56,269 bases of DNA from Fidelibacterota bacterium. GTDB taxonomy: Bacteria; Fidelibacterota; UBA2242. Position 1 is the first letter of the stretch. Each line of letters opens with the position of its first letter. Where the stretch lies: NCBI GenBank assembly GCA_023229045.1, contig JALOAB010000001.1, positions 1 through 56,269 of the forward strand, read 5' to 3'. Below, in pieces: positions 47,792-56,269 of this stretch. The position numbers were made by a program, and so were the translations under genes. Below the pieces are notes generated by a model. It did no database searches. It was not told where the DNA came from and saw only the letters and a program-made list of their open reading frames with translations.

Positions 47792-48856
47792 ATGATTGAT
47801 ATTTACAAACTCCGCCATGCATTGACAATCTGCCTTTCCTTGTTGTTGTGCTCATGCTCGCAAACAGTCACCCTGAAAGTTGTCGTCGATGTCCCCGCTA
47901 TTCGCAAATCCCGTCAAGCGGTCAATTTTTACTTATTAGATAATAAAAAGCAATCTGTGATTGAAGAAATTCGGAGTTTAAATCAGGAGTATTTTTATAA
48001 ACCACTTAATGATGCCAGAGATTCTTTGCAAAATCTAAACCGTGAACGCGCCTCAAAAGAAAGCGCTTATCGACGATTATCTTCAGAAATCGAGAGTAAA
48101 CGACATCAATTAACGGTCGATTATGGTAAGCAATTAAATATTGAAATAGTACGTGTGCAGAAATTTGGCGATGTCTGGAAATTTTGGGCTAAGATTAATA
48201 ATCAAGGACTCGAAACAATCGATGGGCTGTATCTCACTCTAACCTATGAAAAAAGCAAACTCGTGAACTCCGGTTATTATCCTGTACACCTGTTACCCAA
48301 CCAATCCGGTGTCGCCGATCAGATCAATCTGGATCTCAGCCAAAACACACCACTCATGATCCGCCTTTCTTCGCACCCGGCAGGTTTTTCAGAATTACCT
48401 AAAGCTATCAAGTGTATAATCGACTCGGTCAAATCCGACTTCAACCATTATCTTGAAGATAGCAGGGTTAAATTGAATATTTTGCAGAACGAAATGCTTG
48501 AAATCGGTCTTAAAATCGACGAATATCCTGCTCAAAAAAGCACTGAACTTCAGCAAAGAATTGCTAGTCCCATCAATAGCGTTCTGGAAAGTAATCTAAA
48601 AGAACTCGTTACTCCACAAATCTCGAAGACTTATCCAGATACAATTCGTTATACCGATCTGAAAAAGGGAAGTTATCAAATTATTGCCTATACCACACCC
48701 GCCAGTGTCTATCAATGGCATCAAAATGTCAACCTAAACACAGATCAGTTAATTAAATTCACCTCGAAGAATTACAAGCAGTACTTTTTTAAAGTTTCTG
48801 AACAAATGATAATGACTCTCCCATCACAAAATGACACTCCTAAAAAAAGAAAATAA
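47792..48856 (+). CDS. hypothetical lipoprotein with a coiled-coil segment
   Basis: The lipobox is LLLCSCSQ when translated from the ATG at 47792; the track starts at a TTG at 47771. I recognise no family motif. Confidence 0.5.
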   Translation: MIDIYKLRHALTICLSLLLCSCSQTVTLKVVVDVPAIRKSRQAVNFYLLDNKKQSVIEEIRSLNQEYFYKPLNDARDSLQNLNRERASKESAYRRLSSEIESKRHQLTVDYGKQLNIEIVRVQKFGDVWKFWAKINNQGLETIDGLYLTLTYEKSKLVNSGYYPVHLLPNQSGVADQINLDLSQNTPLMIRLSSHPAGFSELPKAIKCIIDSVKSDFNHYLEDSRVKLNILQNEMLEIGLKIDEYPAQKSTELQQRIASPINSVLESNLKELVTPQISKTYPDTIRYTDLKKGSYQIIAYTTPASVYQWHQNVNLNTDQLIKFTSKNYKQYFFKVSEQMIMTLPSQNDTPKKRK

Positions 48857-49009
48857 TTACTACGATAATGGATTGGTCGATTTCGCTAAATATCCATTAA
48901 AAACACTTAATTAATTAAGAAAGTCGACTTGTCACCAGCAGATTTTCTTGACATTATTTAAATATTTTGATTAATATTGCGCGCTTTTTAATAGCATTTA
49001 CCAATCAGT

Positions 49010-50503
49010 ATGCCAGATAATGTCGTAAAACTATTGCTCCAAAATGAGGTTATCCAAAAGGATCAACCGGCAATTATTTATGCTAATCAAAGCATATCCT
49101 ACGCCGGTTTATTCGCAAAATCGGTCCAATTGTCTGGTTTATTAAAACAACACCAGATCGTCTGTGGACAGACCATTGGTCTGCTACTTAAAAGTGGCCC
49201 ACAATATCTTATTACTTATTACGCTGGTCTTCTGCTTGGCGCCATTCCGGTACTTTTGCCGACCTATTTATCAACAAACAAACTGACCTACAATTTTATT
49301 AGATTGAAAATTGATGCGGTGATATTTGATCCCGAATATCAGAAAATAATTGATGAAGTCGAATTAAAAAAAGGAACACCTCTTTTAAAATTACCTACAA
49401 CTCACTGGAAAGAGATCACCGCTCAGAAGATTGATAATCCGGTTATTTCTGCCGACTCATTCCCCGGTTTAAATAACTTCGATGATCCGGCTGTAATTTC
49501 ATTTACCGCTGGTAATTCGGATTTCCCTAAAACTGTCGCCCATAGTCAGCGCAGTTTATTGGCTAATGCTCAGAATTGTTTTAAACTTTTGAGAGGTATG
49601 CTTGATATTCGGCTTCTCAGTACTTTGCCACTTTTCCATTATATTTCACATAGTTTTATTCCACATACCCTGGTATTAGCCGGCGGTACGATCGTCCTGC
49701 TTGATAATTTTCACTCAGAAGAAATCATTCAAGCCATAATTCAACATCAGGTGAATGTTCTTATCGGAACACCGGAATTTTACAAACAGTTAGTCCATAG
49801 CCCCGACGCTAAAAAACTCGAATCCTTGAAATATTATATTGTGGCCGGAGGCAATCTCCCGGAGGATATCTGGCAAGCGCTAACAAAGACGCATAAAGTC
49901 TTTATCACTGAACTATACGGAACAACCGAAATCCAGATGATAACCGCCAGTTACGTTGAAAACGATCGCCGGGAATCAATTATCGGGCGACCATTTCCAG
50001 GAATCGATTTTCGTATTACTACCCCATCCGGAGCATTAGTTACACCAGGCAAAACCGGCGAGCTACAAGTTCGCACTTCGGCTCTGATGCTGAATTATTT
50101 CGACAAACTAAATGAACAACATTTAAATGAGAATGACTGGTTCGCCACCGGCGACCTTGTCAGAGAAACCGAGGATGGCAGACTTACCTTCGAGGGTCGA
50201 ATTAGCGATCTGATCAATCGATACGGTTACAACATCAATCCAGAAATGATCAAGCATATTGTAAAGCATCATCCGGCTGTCAAGGATGTAGCGGTTGGTC
50301 TTTTAACCGCCGCCAATGGTGATGAACAACTAAAACTTTTTATCATACTGCGGGAATCGGAATCTGCTGAGATTGAAGAACTAACCGAATTTTGCCAGAA
50401 AAATCTGCCCGTCTACCTGCGACCAGATGCGATCGAGATTGTATCTCATTTTGAACATGATCTGTCTGGAAAAGTTCTTCGCAATATGCTGAATAAAAGT
50501 TAA
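49010..50503 (+). CDS. adenylate-forming enzyme (acyl-CoA synthetase / AMP-dependent ligase superfamily)
   Basis: 497 aa with a divergent P-loop FTAGNSDFPKT, then ELYGTTE, ATGDL...DGRLTFEGRISD, and the C-terminal catalytic-Lys context LSGKVLR. Confidence 0.75.
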   Translation: MPDNVVKLLLQNEVIQKDQPAIIYANQSISYAGLFAKSVQLSGLLKQHQIVCGQTIGLLLKSGPQYLITYYAGLLLGAIPVLLPTYLSTNKLTYNFIRLKIDAVIFDPEYQKIIDEVELKKGTPLLKLPTTHWKEITAQKIDNPVISADSFPGLNNFDDPAVISFTAGNSDFPKTVAHSQRSLLANAQNCFKLLRGMLDIRLLSTLPLFHYISHSFIPHTLVLAGGTIVLLDNFHSEEIIQAIIQHQVNVLIGTPEFYKQLVHSPDAKKLESLKYYIVAGGNLPEDIWQALTKTHKVFITELYGTTEIQMITASYVENDRRESIIGRPFPGIDFRITTPSGALVTPGKTGELQVRTSALMLNYFDKLNEQHLNENDWFATGDLVRETEDGRLTFEGRISDLINRYGYNINPEMIKHIVKHHPAVKDVAVGLLTAANGDEQLKLFIILRESESAEIEELTEFCQKNLPVYLRPDAIEIVSHFEHDLSGKVLRNMLNKS

Positions 50504-50530
50504 ATTTCCGCAATTATATGGAGGCTAATT

Positions 50531-52609
50531 TTGAAAGAATACCAAACTGAAGAAATCCGAAACATCGTATTATTAGGACATGGGTCATCCGGTAAAACCA
50601 TTTTGACTGAGGCGATGCTTTATGCCGCCGGCGCTACAACGCGGTTAGGAAAGATCGAAGAGGGGACGACAACTTCCGATTATCATAATGATGAAATTGA
50701 GCGTAAGTTTTCTATTCAGTCTTCTTTAATGAATTGCGAATGGAATAAAATTAAATTTAATCTCCTTGATTCTCCCGGTTATCTCGATTTCGTTGGTGAG
50801 TCCAAAGCCCTGACGCGGGTTGCTGATCTGGCGCTTATTTCTATTAATGGCCAGACCGGAGTCGAAGTCGGAACGGAATTGGTATTCAAATTCGCCAAAG
50901 AAGACGAATTACCCGTCTGGTTCATTATTAATATGTTGGATAAAGAACATGCGGATTATGATAAGGCGCAAAGTTCCTTACAGGCTTCATTTACCAAAAA
51001 AGCCGTATGTATGCAGATTCCGGTAAACAGCGGGCTAAATTTCGATACGATTGCCGATGTAATGACTCAAAAGATCCTAAAATACAATAAGGATCAAAAA
51101 GGCACCTTCACTGAATCCGAGCCAACCGGCGATCTCAAAGATAAACTGGCTACTTTAAAAAATGAATTAATTGAGTCCGTGGCTGAGTCAGACGATACTC
51201 TACTTGAGAATTATCTTAGCCAGGGTGAATTGACTGAAGAAGAATTTATCAATGGCTTACGTAAAGCGATTATCAAACGAGAACTCTTTCCGGTTTTTGT
51301 GGCTTCCGGTCTGAATAATATCGGCGTTACCAAGATCATGGATCACATTATTGCTTATGGACCGACGCCTACCGCTAAAGTTGCGATGAACGGTGGATAT
51401 AAAGGTAAACCATTGACTCGCAAAATCAGCGACAGCGAACCAACTTCCCTTTATATTTTTAAAACTATCAGTGAAATGCACGTTGGTGAATTATCGATGT
51501 TCAAGGTATTTTCCGGCTCTTTAAAAACCGGAGTTGATCTGCTCAATTCCAATAATGGTAAGACCGAACGTATCGGACAAATCTTTTGTATCAATGGCAA
51601 AGAAAAACAGGAAATTGCCCATTTACACTCCGGAGACATTGGTGCTGTTGTAAAATTGAAATTTACCAAAACCACCGATACATTGTGCGATTCCCGCTCA
51701 CCAATTACCTATCCCGGTATTTCCTTCCCGGAACCGGTCATTCAAATTGCGATAGAGCCAAAATCACGGGGTGATGAAGAAAAAATCAGCACCGGTTTAC
51801 AATCATTAACCAGTGAAGATCCAACCATGTCCTGGCATTTCGACCCGGAATTGAAACAGACGATCTTATCCGGTCAGGGTGAATTGCACCTGGTAATTAT
51901 TTTACAGCGTTTAAAACAAAAATTCGGCGTCGAAATCAATCAGCTCCCGCCGCGTATCCCTTATCGTGAAACGATCAAAAAACGCGGTGATTCGAAATAC
52001 CGTCACAAAAAACAAACCGGCGGCGCCGGACAATTTGCCGAAGTCTGGATGTACGTTGAACCGGCTCCTGCCGGCGCTGGCGTTGAATTTACCAATACGC
52101 TCGTTGGTCAAAATGTCGACCGGGTTTTCGTACCTTCTGTCGAAAAAGGAGTGCGTTCAGCCTGTGAAGAAGGAATTTTAGCCGGTTATCACGTCACCGA
52201 CGTCAAAGCCGTGTTTTATGACGGCAAAATGCACCCGGTGGATTCCAAGGATATCGCCTTCCAGATTGCTGGTAAGAGCGCCTTTAAAGAATGCTTCATG
52301 AGTGGTAATCCCATTCTGCTGGAACCGATTTACAACCTCGAAGTAATCGTTCCTGAAGAATTTATGGGCGACGTAATGGGTGATATTTCAGTGCGACGCG
52401 GCAAAATTCAGGGTATGGACGCCGAAGGCCCATTCCAAAAAATTAACGCGAAAGTACCGCTGGCCGAGCTATATCGTTACAGCACCGCCCTGCGCTCAAT
52501 GACGCAAGGTCGCGGTATGCACCGCCAAAGCTTTTCACATTACGAACAGATGCCCAAAGAAGCGCAGGATAAGGTCGTTGAATCCTACAAAAGAGAGCGC
52601 GAGGAATAG
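50531..52609 (+). CDS. elongation factor G paralogue (EF-G-2-like) with non-canonical GTPase motifs
   Basis: 692 aa with a TTG start. G1 is GHGSSGKT, G3 is DSPGY (not DxPGH) and G4 is NMLD (not NKxD). Domain IV/V signatures are KKQTGGAGQFAEVW, DGKMHPVDSKDIAFQIAG and EPIYNLEVIVPEEFMGDVMGDI. Confidence 0.8.
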   Translation: MKEYQTEEIRNIVLLGHGSSGKTILTEAMLYAAGATTRLGKIEEGTTTSDYHNDEIERKFSIQSSLMNCEWNKIKFNLLDSPGYLDFVGESKALTRVADLALISINGQTGVEVGTELVFKFAKEDELPVWFIINMLDKEHADYDKAQSSLQASFTKKAVCMQIPVNSGLNFDTIADVMTQKILKYNKDQKGTFTESEPTGDLKDKLATLKNELIESVAESDDTLLENYLSQGELTEEEFINGLRKAIIKRELFPVFVASGLNNIGVTKIMDHIIAYGPTPTAKVAMNGGYKGKPLTRKISDSEPTSLYIFKTISEMHVGELSMFKVFSGSLKTGVDLLNSNNGKTERIGQIFCINGKEKQEIAHLHSGDIGAVVKLKFTKTTDTLCDSRSPITYPGISFPEPVIQIAIEPKSRGDEEKISTGLQSLTSEDPTMSWHFDPELKQTILSGQGELHLVIILQRLKQKFGVEINQLPPRIPYRETIKKRGDSKYRHKKQTGGAGQFAEVWMYVEPAPAGAGVEFTNTLVGQNVDRVFVPSVEKGVRSACEEGILAGYHVTDVKAVFYDGKMHPVDSKDIAFQIAGKSAFKECFMSGNPILLEPIYNLEVIVPEEFMGDVMGDISVRRGKIQGMDAEGPFQKINAKVPLAELYRYSTALRSMTQGRGMHRQSFSHYEQMPKEAQDKVVESYKREREE

Positions 52610-52614
52610 TCCTG

Positions 52615-53100
52615 ATGGAGTTAGATAAACTCTGGGCTCCCTGGCGAATAGGTTATATCACTAATCCTAAAGCCGAAGGTTGTTTTCTCTGCGAGTATAG
52701 CGCAGATTCCGACGATAAAAAGCATTTGATCCTTCATCGCGGTAAGTCGGCTTTTGTGATTATGAACTATTATCCGTATAACAATGGTCACCTGATGGTG
52801 GCGCCCTATCAACACGTCAGGAATTTGAACGATCTCGATGAATCTACCCGGCTTGAAATATTCGATTTAATTGATAAATCTTGTCAGATTTTACATGATT
52901 CATTGAACGCTGAGGGTTTTAACGTCGGCCTTAATCTCGGTTCAGTCGCTGGCGCCGGATTAAAGGATCACCTGCATTTTCATATTGTCCCGCGCTGGAC
53001 CGGCGATACCAATTTTATGCCGATAACCGGGCACACCAAAGTACTGAGTGAAGGATTGACTGAGACCTGGCAGAGACTCAGACCTAAATTCGAAAAATAA
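52615..53100 (+). CDS. HIT-family nucleotide hydrolase/transferase
   Basis: 161 aa with the histidine triad HLHFHIVPRW. The N-terminal segment is CFLC...LILHRGKSAFVIMNYYPYNNGHLMV. It starts 5 nt after the EF-G-like gene. Confidence 0.85.
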   Translation: MELDKLWAPWRIGYITNPKAEGCFLCEYSADSDDKKHLILHRGKSAFVIMNYYPYNNGHLMVAPYQHVRNLNDLDESTRLEIFDLIDKSCQILHDSLNAEGFNVGLNLGSVAGAGLKDHLHFHIVPRWTGDTNFMPITGHTKVLSEGLTETWQRLRPKFEK

Positions 53101-53162
53101 TTTTTGCTATTTGAATATAGGTGTTGAATCATTTAAATTAAGTTTGCTTTTTAAAACATTAT

Positions 53163-53234
53163 TCTGGAGTAGCTCAATGGTGGAGCGGGTGGCTGTTAAC
53201 CACTAGGTTGGGGGTTCGAGTCCCTCCTCCAGAG
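53163..53234 (+). tRNA. tRNA-Asn (GTT)
   Basis: The hand-folded 72-nt cloverleaf has acceptor TCTGGAG/CTCCAGA, anticodon loop CTGTTAA and T-arm GGGGG-TTCGAGT-CCCTC. The discriminator is G. Confidence 0.85.
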
Positions 53235-53251
53235 CAGTCTTTCGTAAATAC

Positions 53252-54463
53252 TTAGTTTACTGTTGCGAAATAAATCTCAGATTTATTTCGCGATCGCAGG
53301 ATATACTTATCTATGCAAGCTGGGATGAGAACACTCTCACCTTTTTTTAGTGATAATATTTCATCGCGATTCCATATCAAATCGATCTGACCGGACAGCA
53401 CTATTCCGATCTGGACTTTATCATTGGTACTGATTGTCTTTTGCTCTTTATTCTGCAGACAAATATTAATAACGTAAAATTCATCGACAGGCGTCTGATA
53501 AGTCGTAACGCCTTTATCCGACCTTGGTTTATATATTTTATAAGGATTCGGCGAATAATCGAGTATCTCAAGCAAAGCTGTCACATCTTTATATTTACCC
53601 GTGAGTCCGACCCGGACAACGTTATCGGAATTGGTCATACATTCGATAAGATTTCCCGAAATGTAAGCGTGTGGAATGCCAGCCGAAGTAAAAAGCGCCT
53701 GGCCGGATTCCAAATGAACTAAGTTCATAAACAGCACCATAATCAATCCAATATCAGAAGATGGATACCGATTTTTTAATTCTAAAAACAGACGCTCCTG
53801 TTCGGAAATTTGACCACTACGTTGCAGGATACTACTTTCGATTAATTCGATTAATTGAGCGTAAGAATGCGGTTCAGTTTGCGCTTTTTGAATTATCCCA
53901 GAATAAAATTGTTTTATTAAGCCGCTATTGCTTTCACGCATTTCACTTCTATCGATGGCTGAAGTTAAACCGGTAAAGGTCTGAACTTCAGCGTATAGTG
54001 CCAGTCGTTTGATTAATTCTGAAGGATTTAAAAAACCTACTAAAGCCGTCAACCGGTCCAGCGCAATTGCAATTTCCGGTTTATGGTTTTCATCCGGGTA
54101 ATGCACTGGGTCCAGGTGATGTAATTGTTTGGCTTGCTGGATATTGGGATGGGCTTGAATTGAAAGCGCTTGTTCGGCTGATAGTATTTTCAGTAAAAAT
54201 GGTAAACTGGCGCCGAAACGTTCAACGACCTTTTTCCCGAGTACTTCAATTGGGTGATTATTGATCAATTCCATCACTCCGATAAAATCACCGGAGATAT
54301 TGATTTGTGAAGGTGAGGTTGGATGAGCGCCCAGCCATAATTCGGCGTAAGGTTTGTCATTTTCGGCTGGAATTCCAATCAAATCAGGTATAAAAGCCAG
54401 TTTCCCTCTTGTTCCCCATTCGTAATGTTGGATCCGATTTTTTAATATTGACGGCTTAATCAT
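53252..54463 (-). CDS. manA: mannose-6-phosphate isomerase, type I
   Basis: It has YEWGT near the N-terminus, the zinc-site motif LSIQAHPN and HAYISG. The start is ambiguous. ATGs lie at 54463, 54469 and 54475, and a GTG at 54496. I chose 54463 by length comparison with E. coli ManA. Confidence 0.8.
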   Translation of the reverse strand: MIKPSILKNRIQHYEWGTRGKLAFIPDLIGIPAENDKPYAELWLGAHPTSPSQINISGDFIGVMELINNHPIEVLGKKVVERFGASLPFLLKILSAEQALSIQAHPNIQQAKQLHHLDPVHYPDENHKPEIAIALDRLTALVGFLNPSELIKRLALYAEVQTFTGLTSAIDRSEMRESNSGLIKQFYSGIIQKAQTEPHSYAQLIELIESSILQRSGQISEQERLFLELKNRYPSSDIGLIMVLFMNLVHLESGQALFTSAGIPHAYISGNLIECMTNSDNVVRVGLTGKYKDVTALLEILDYSPNPYKIYKPRSDKGVTTYQTPVDEFYVINICLQNKEQKTISTNDKVQIGIVLSGQIDLIWNRDEILSLKKGESVLIPACIDKYILRSRNKSEIYFATVN

Positions 54464-54525
54464 GTTCATATCCATGCTATCTAAAATAAGTCCCACGAGA
54501 GTAATTTGACAAGATATTTTTCGAT

Positions 54526-54559
54526 AAAAAAAAGAGAAGGTCTGCGGAGAGCAGACCTT
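54526..54559 (-). terminator. orphan intrinsic-terminator-like hairpin with a T-run on the minus strand
   Basis: A 9-bp stem, aaggtctgc (54537-54545) paired with gcagacctt (54551-54559). On the minus strand it is followed by ctc and TTTTTTTT (54526-54533). No annotated minus-strand gene ends here. Confidence 0.4.
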
Positions 54560-54736
54560 TGAGTGAGGAGGAGGAAGATATTAATTTTAATTTCAAATTA
54601 CATTTTCTTGGACTTACTCATAATCAAGAAAGTTGTCTTTATTTTACGACTGAGATAAAAATTGGTTCACCCGATGCGAAAATAGTTTTAAATTGCGACG
54701 TGTTATCGATCGAAATAAATACCAAAAAAAGGTAAA

Positions 54737-55333
54737 ATGTCAGTAATAATCGTAACCGCGGCTTATATAGCTACGCAAATGTTATCCGACATAGCAAGTC
54801 TGAAAATCATTACCTTTCTGGGTTTTTCAATGGACGCCGGAACCTTGATTTATCCTTTAACTTTCACCCTGCGCGATCTGATGCATAAAGCTGTCGGTAA
54901 AAAAGGCGCCCGCCTGGTGATTATCTGTGCGGCTGTGGTGAACCTGTTTATGGCTTTTTTATTCTGGCTCGTCGCCCGTTTGCCAGGTGATTTGGCCGTT
55001 GGTCCTCAGCTGGAGTTCTCAATCGTACTTTCGCCGGTCTGGCGAATTGTGATCGCCAGTATCATCGCCGAAGTTGTTTCAGAATTACTCGACACAGAGG
55101 TATATCATTTGTGGGTCAATAAAATCACGAAACGCTACCAATGGATGCGGGTGCTCGTCAGTAATTTCGTTAGTATTCCGATCGATAGTCTGATTTTCGT
55201 TTGGGGAGCATTTGGCGGACTTTATACCCAGTCGGTAATCTGGTCAATTTTCTGCGCCAATCTATTTTTAAAAGGTGCGGTGACTTTAATCGGATTACCG
55301 CTGATTTATCTTATAAAAGAAAAAAATACCTGA
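54737..55333 (+). CDS. yhhQ: queuosine-precursor (preQ0/preQ1) transporter, YhhQ/DUF165 family
   Basis: 198-aa polytopic ORF with the family-like N-terminus AAYIATQMLSDIASLKII...GTLIYPLTFTLRDLMH and the segment SIPIDSLIFV. Confidence 0.7.
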   Translation: MSVIIVTAAYIATQMLSDIASLKIITFLGFSMDAGTLIYPLTFTLRDLMHKAVGKKGARLVIICAAVVNLFMAFLFWLVARLPGDLAVGPQLEFSIVLSPVWRIVIASIIAEVVSELLDTEVYHLWVNKITKRYQWMRVLVSNFVSIPIDSLIFVWGAFGGLYTQSVIWSIFCANLFLKGAVTLIGLPLIYLIKEKNT

Positions 55334-55478
55334 TCAATCAGGCTTTTCTTATTCCTATGCCTACGCTGTTAATTAGGTATAAAAACATTTCATATACAGT
55401 ATTGATACAATTCAAGGTAATATAGGAATGACCAAACCTATTTGATTCACATTGAAGATGGAGGATTTTTTACTGGTG

Positions 55479-55551
55479 TACCCCCAACAGGACTCGAACC
55501 TGTGCTCCCGGCTCCGGAGGCCGGTGCTCTATCCATCTGAGCTATGGGGGC
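55479..55551 (-). tRNA. tRNA-Arg (CCG)
   Basis: The reverse complement folds as a 73-nt cloverleaf with acceptor GCCCCCA/TGGGGGT (G1-U72 wobble), anticodon stem CCGGC/GCCGG, loop CTCCGGA and T-arm ACAGG-TTCGAGT-CCTGT. Confidence 0.8.
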
Positions 55552-55688
55552 TTGAAAAAAGCGACTAAACTTACACCCAACAATTTAATTTCTCAATAGG
55601 AATCCATCGATAAATGACTTTGAATTAATTTAATTCTTACCTAAAATCGACATGTTTTTAGAAAATGCAATAATAAAGGAGTAGATTG

Positions 55689-56269
55689 ATGAAAAAAGTA
55701 CTGCCAGTTATATTTGTCGGGCTCTTTATTTTAGGTTGTGGCACGAGTGAAAAAAGCACTAAACTCGAGAAGGGTTCGTCGCTGTATCAATTAGCCGTGG
55801 AATTATCCCAGAGTGTTCCGATGCTCGATCCTGCCAAAAACGCCGTGATTGTTTCGACAAAAAAATTCGACGTCACTATTGGCGACGTATTCGCCACCTT
55901 CCAGTTGATGTACGGCGATGGCATTCAACAATTAAAGACAATCGAGCCCGGTCAATTAAGTGAAATCTTCATAGCTAATGCCGAAGCGCTGGCTGAGAAG
56001 AAACTGCTCTTGCAAGCCGCCAAAAAAAGTAAAATTCGAGTTTTTGATACGGAAGTTGATAGTATCCTCGAATTACAGTATGCTCAAATCGGCGGTAAAG
56101 AAAAATTTCTCAACTACCTAAACAACGCCAACATCAATTTCAAAACCTTGCGGGAAGATGTACGTGATAATCTGACAATTAATCATTTCATCGAAAAAAC
56201 ACTGCTCGATTCAGTCCTAATCACCGAAAGTGATATCCAGAATTATTACAATACCGTCGATGTTACCGC
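55689..56269 (+). CDS. SurA/PrsA-like periplasmic chaperone/PPIase lipoprotein (N-terminal part; runs off the right edge)
   Basis: Absent from the track because there is no stop in the window. An aaggag RBS precedes the ATG at 55689, and the lipobox is MKKVLPVIFVGLFILGCG. The helical N-domain resembles the SurA_N/PrsA type (LLLQAAKKSKI...REDVRDNLTINHFIEK). Confidence 0.55.
   Translation, partial: MKKVLPVIFVGLFILGCGTSEKSTKLEKGSSLYQLAVELSQSVPMLDPAKNAVIVSTKKFDVTIGDVFATFQLMYGDGIQQLKTIEPGQLSEIFIANAEALAEKKLLLQAAKKSKIRVFDTEVDSILELQYAQIGGKEKFLNYLNNANINFKTLREDVRDNLTINHFIEKTLLDSVLITESDIQNYYNTVDVT

Noticed and set aside
54560-54736. A preQ1 riboswitch upstream of the yhhQ-like transporter
   Set aside because: One is expected from the gene's function, so I looked for the class I pattern: a 5-bp stem, a ~11-nt loop, an A-rich tail and a short tail-loop pairing overlapping the SD. 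The A-run at 54724-54730 has no matching P1 stem upstream. The small hairpin attgg-ttcac-ccgat (around 54661-54675) has too short a loop and lies ~60 nt from the start codon. I cannot support the call without a covariance-model scan.

Overview
This 56.3-kb window looks like a chromosomal segment of an anaerobic, non-model bacterium. A T9SS-type C-terminal sorting tail on one protein suggests the FCB superphylum; that placement is inference only. I found no rRNA, CRISPR array, transposase, integrase or phage genes.

Gene content from left to right:
- 1-6985 (minus strand): a complete Pho block, phoB-phoR-porin-pstS-pstC-pstA-pstB. pstB is truncated by the window edge.
- 7.4-13.4 kb: a stand-alone receiver, an NADH-dehydrogenase-like flavoprotein (NuoE+NuoF-like), an [FeFe]-hydrogenase HydA, and nifS-nifU.
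- 13.4-17.1 kb: asnA, a lipoprotein, and an overlapping cNMP-binding protein/AI-2E transporter pair.
- 17.2-23.9 kb: a housekeeping string of envC-like, holB, PSP1/ricT-like, metG, tatD and rsmA, followed by a tRNA with a CAT anticodon.
- 24-49 kb, the accessory-looking part:
  - a 21-nt duplicate of the tRNA interior;
  - a DUF1624-like membrane protein, a TfoX-N-only protein and a truncated VOC/glyoxalase remnant;
  - a ~14-kb five-gene signalling operon: TonB-dependent receptor, YfiR-like DUF4154 protein, a 1541-aa hybrid kinase, a 368-aa REC-kinase and a 1954-aa kinase with 11 PAS modules;
  - a 1000-aa secreted papain-like peptidase with a T9SS tail, preceded by a small membrane protein;
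  - archease-rtcB;
  - a GAF-PAS-GAF protein with no output domain, and a lipoprotein.
- 49-56.3 kb: an adenylate-forming ligase, an EF-G paralogue with altered GTPase motifs, a HIT protein, tRNA-Asn, manA, a yhhQ-like transporter, tRNA-Arg and a truncated SurA/PrsA-like lipoprotein.

The candidates I consider most worth follow-up:
- the receptor/YfiR-like/triple-kinase operon, which has no output domain;
- the hydrogenase carrying Ser in place of the proton-relay Cys, paired with a flavoprotein that lacks a ferredoxin domain;
- a 108-nt cloverleaf-like structured element in the phoR-porin spacer;
- the ligase/EF-G-like/HIT trio.

All calls come from reading the translations and hand-counting coordinates. 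No database search was run. Small-feature coordinates may be off by 1-2 nt.
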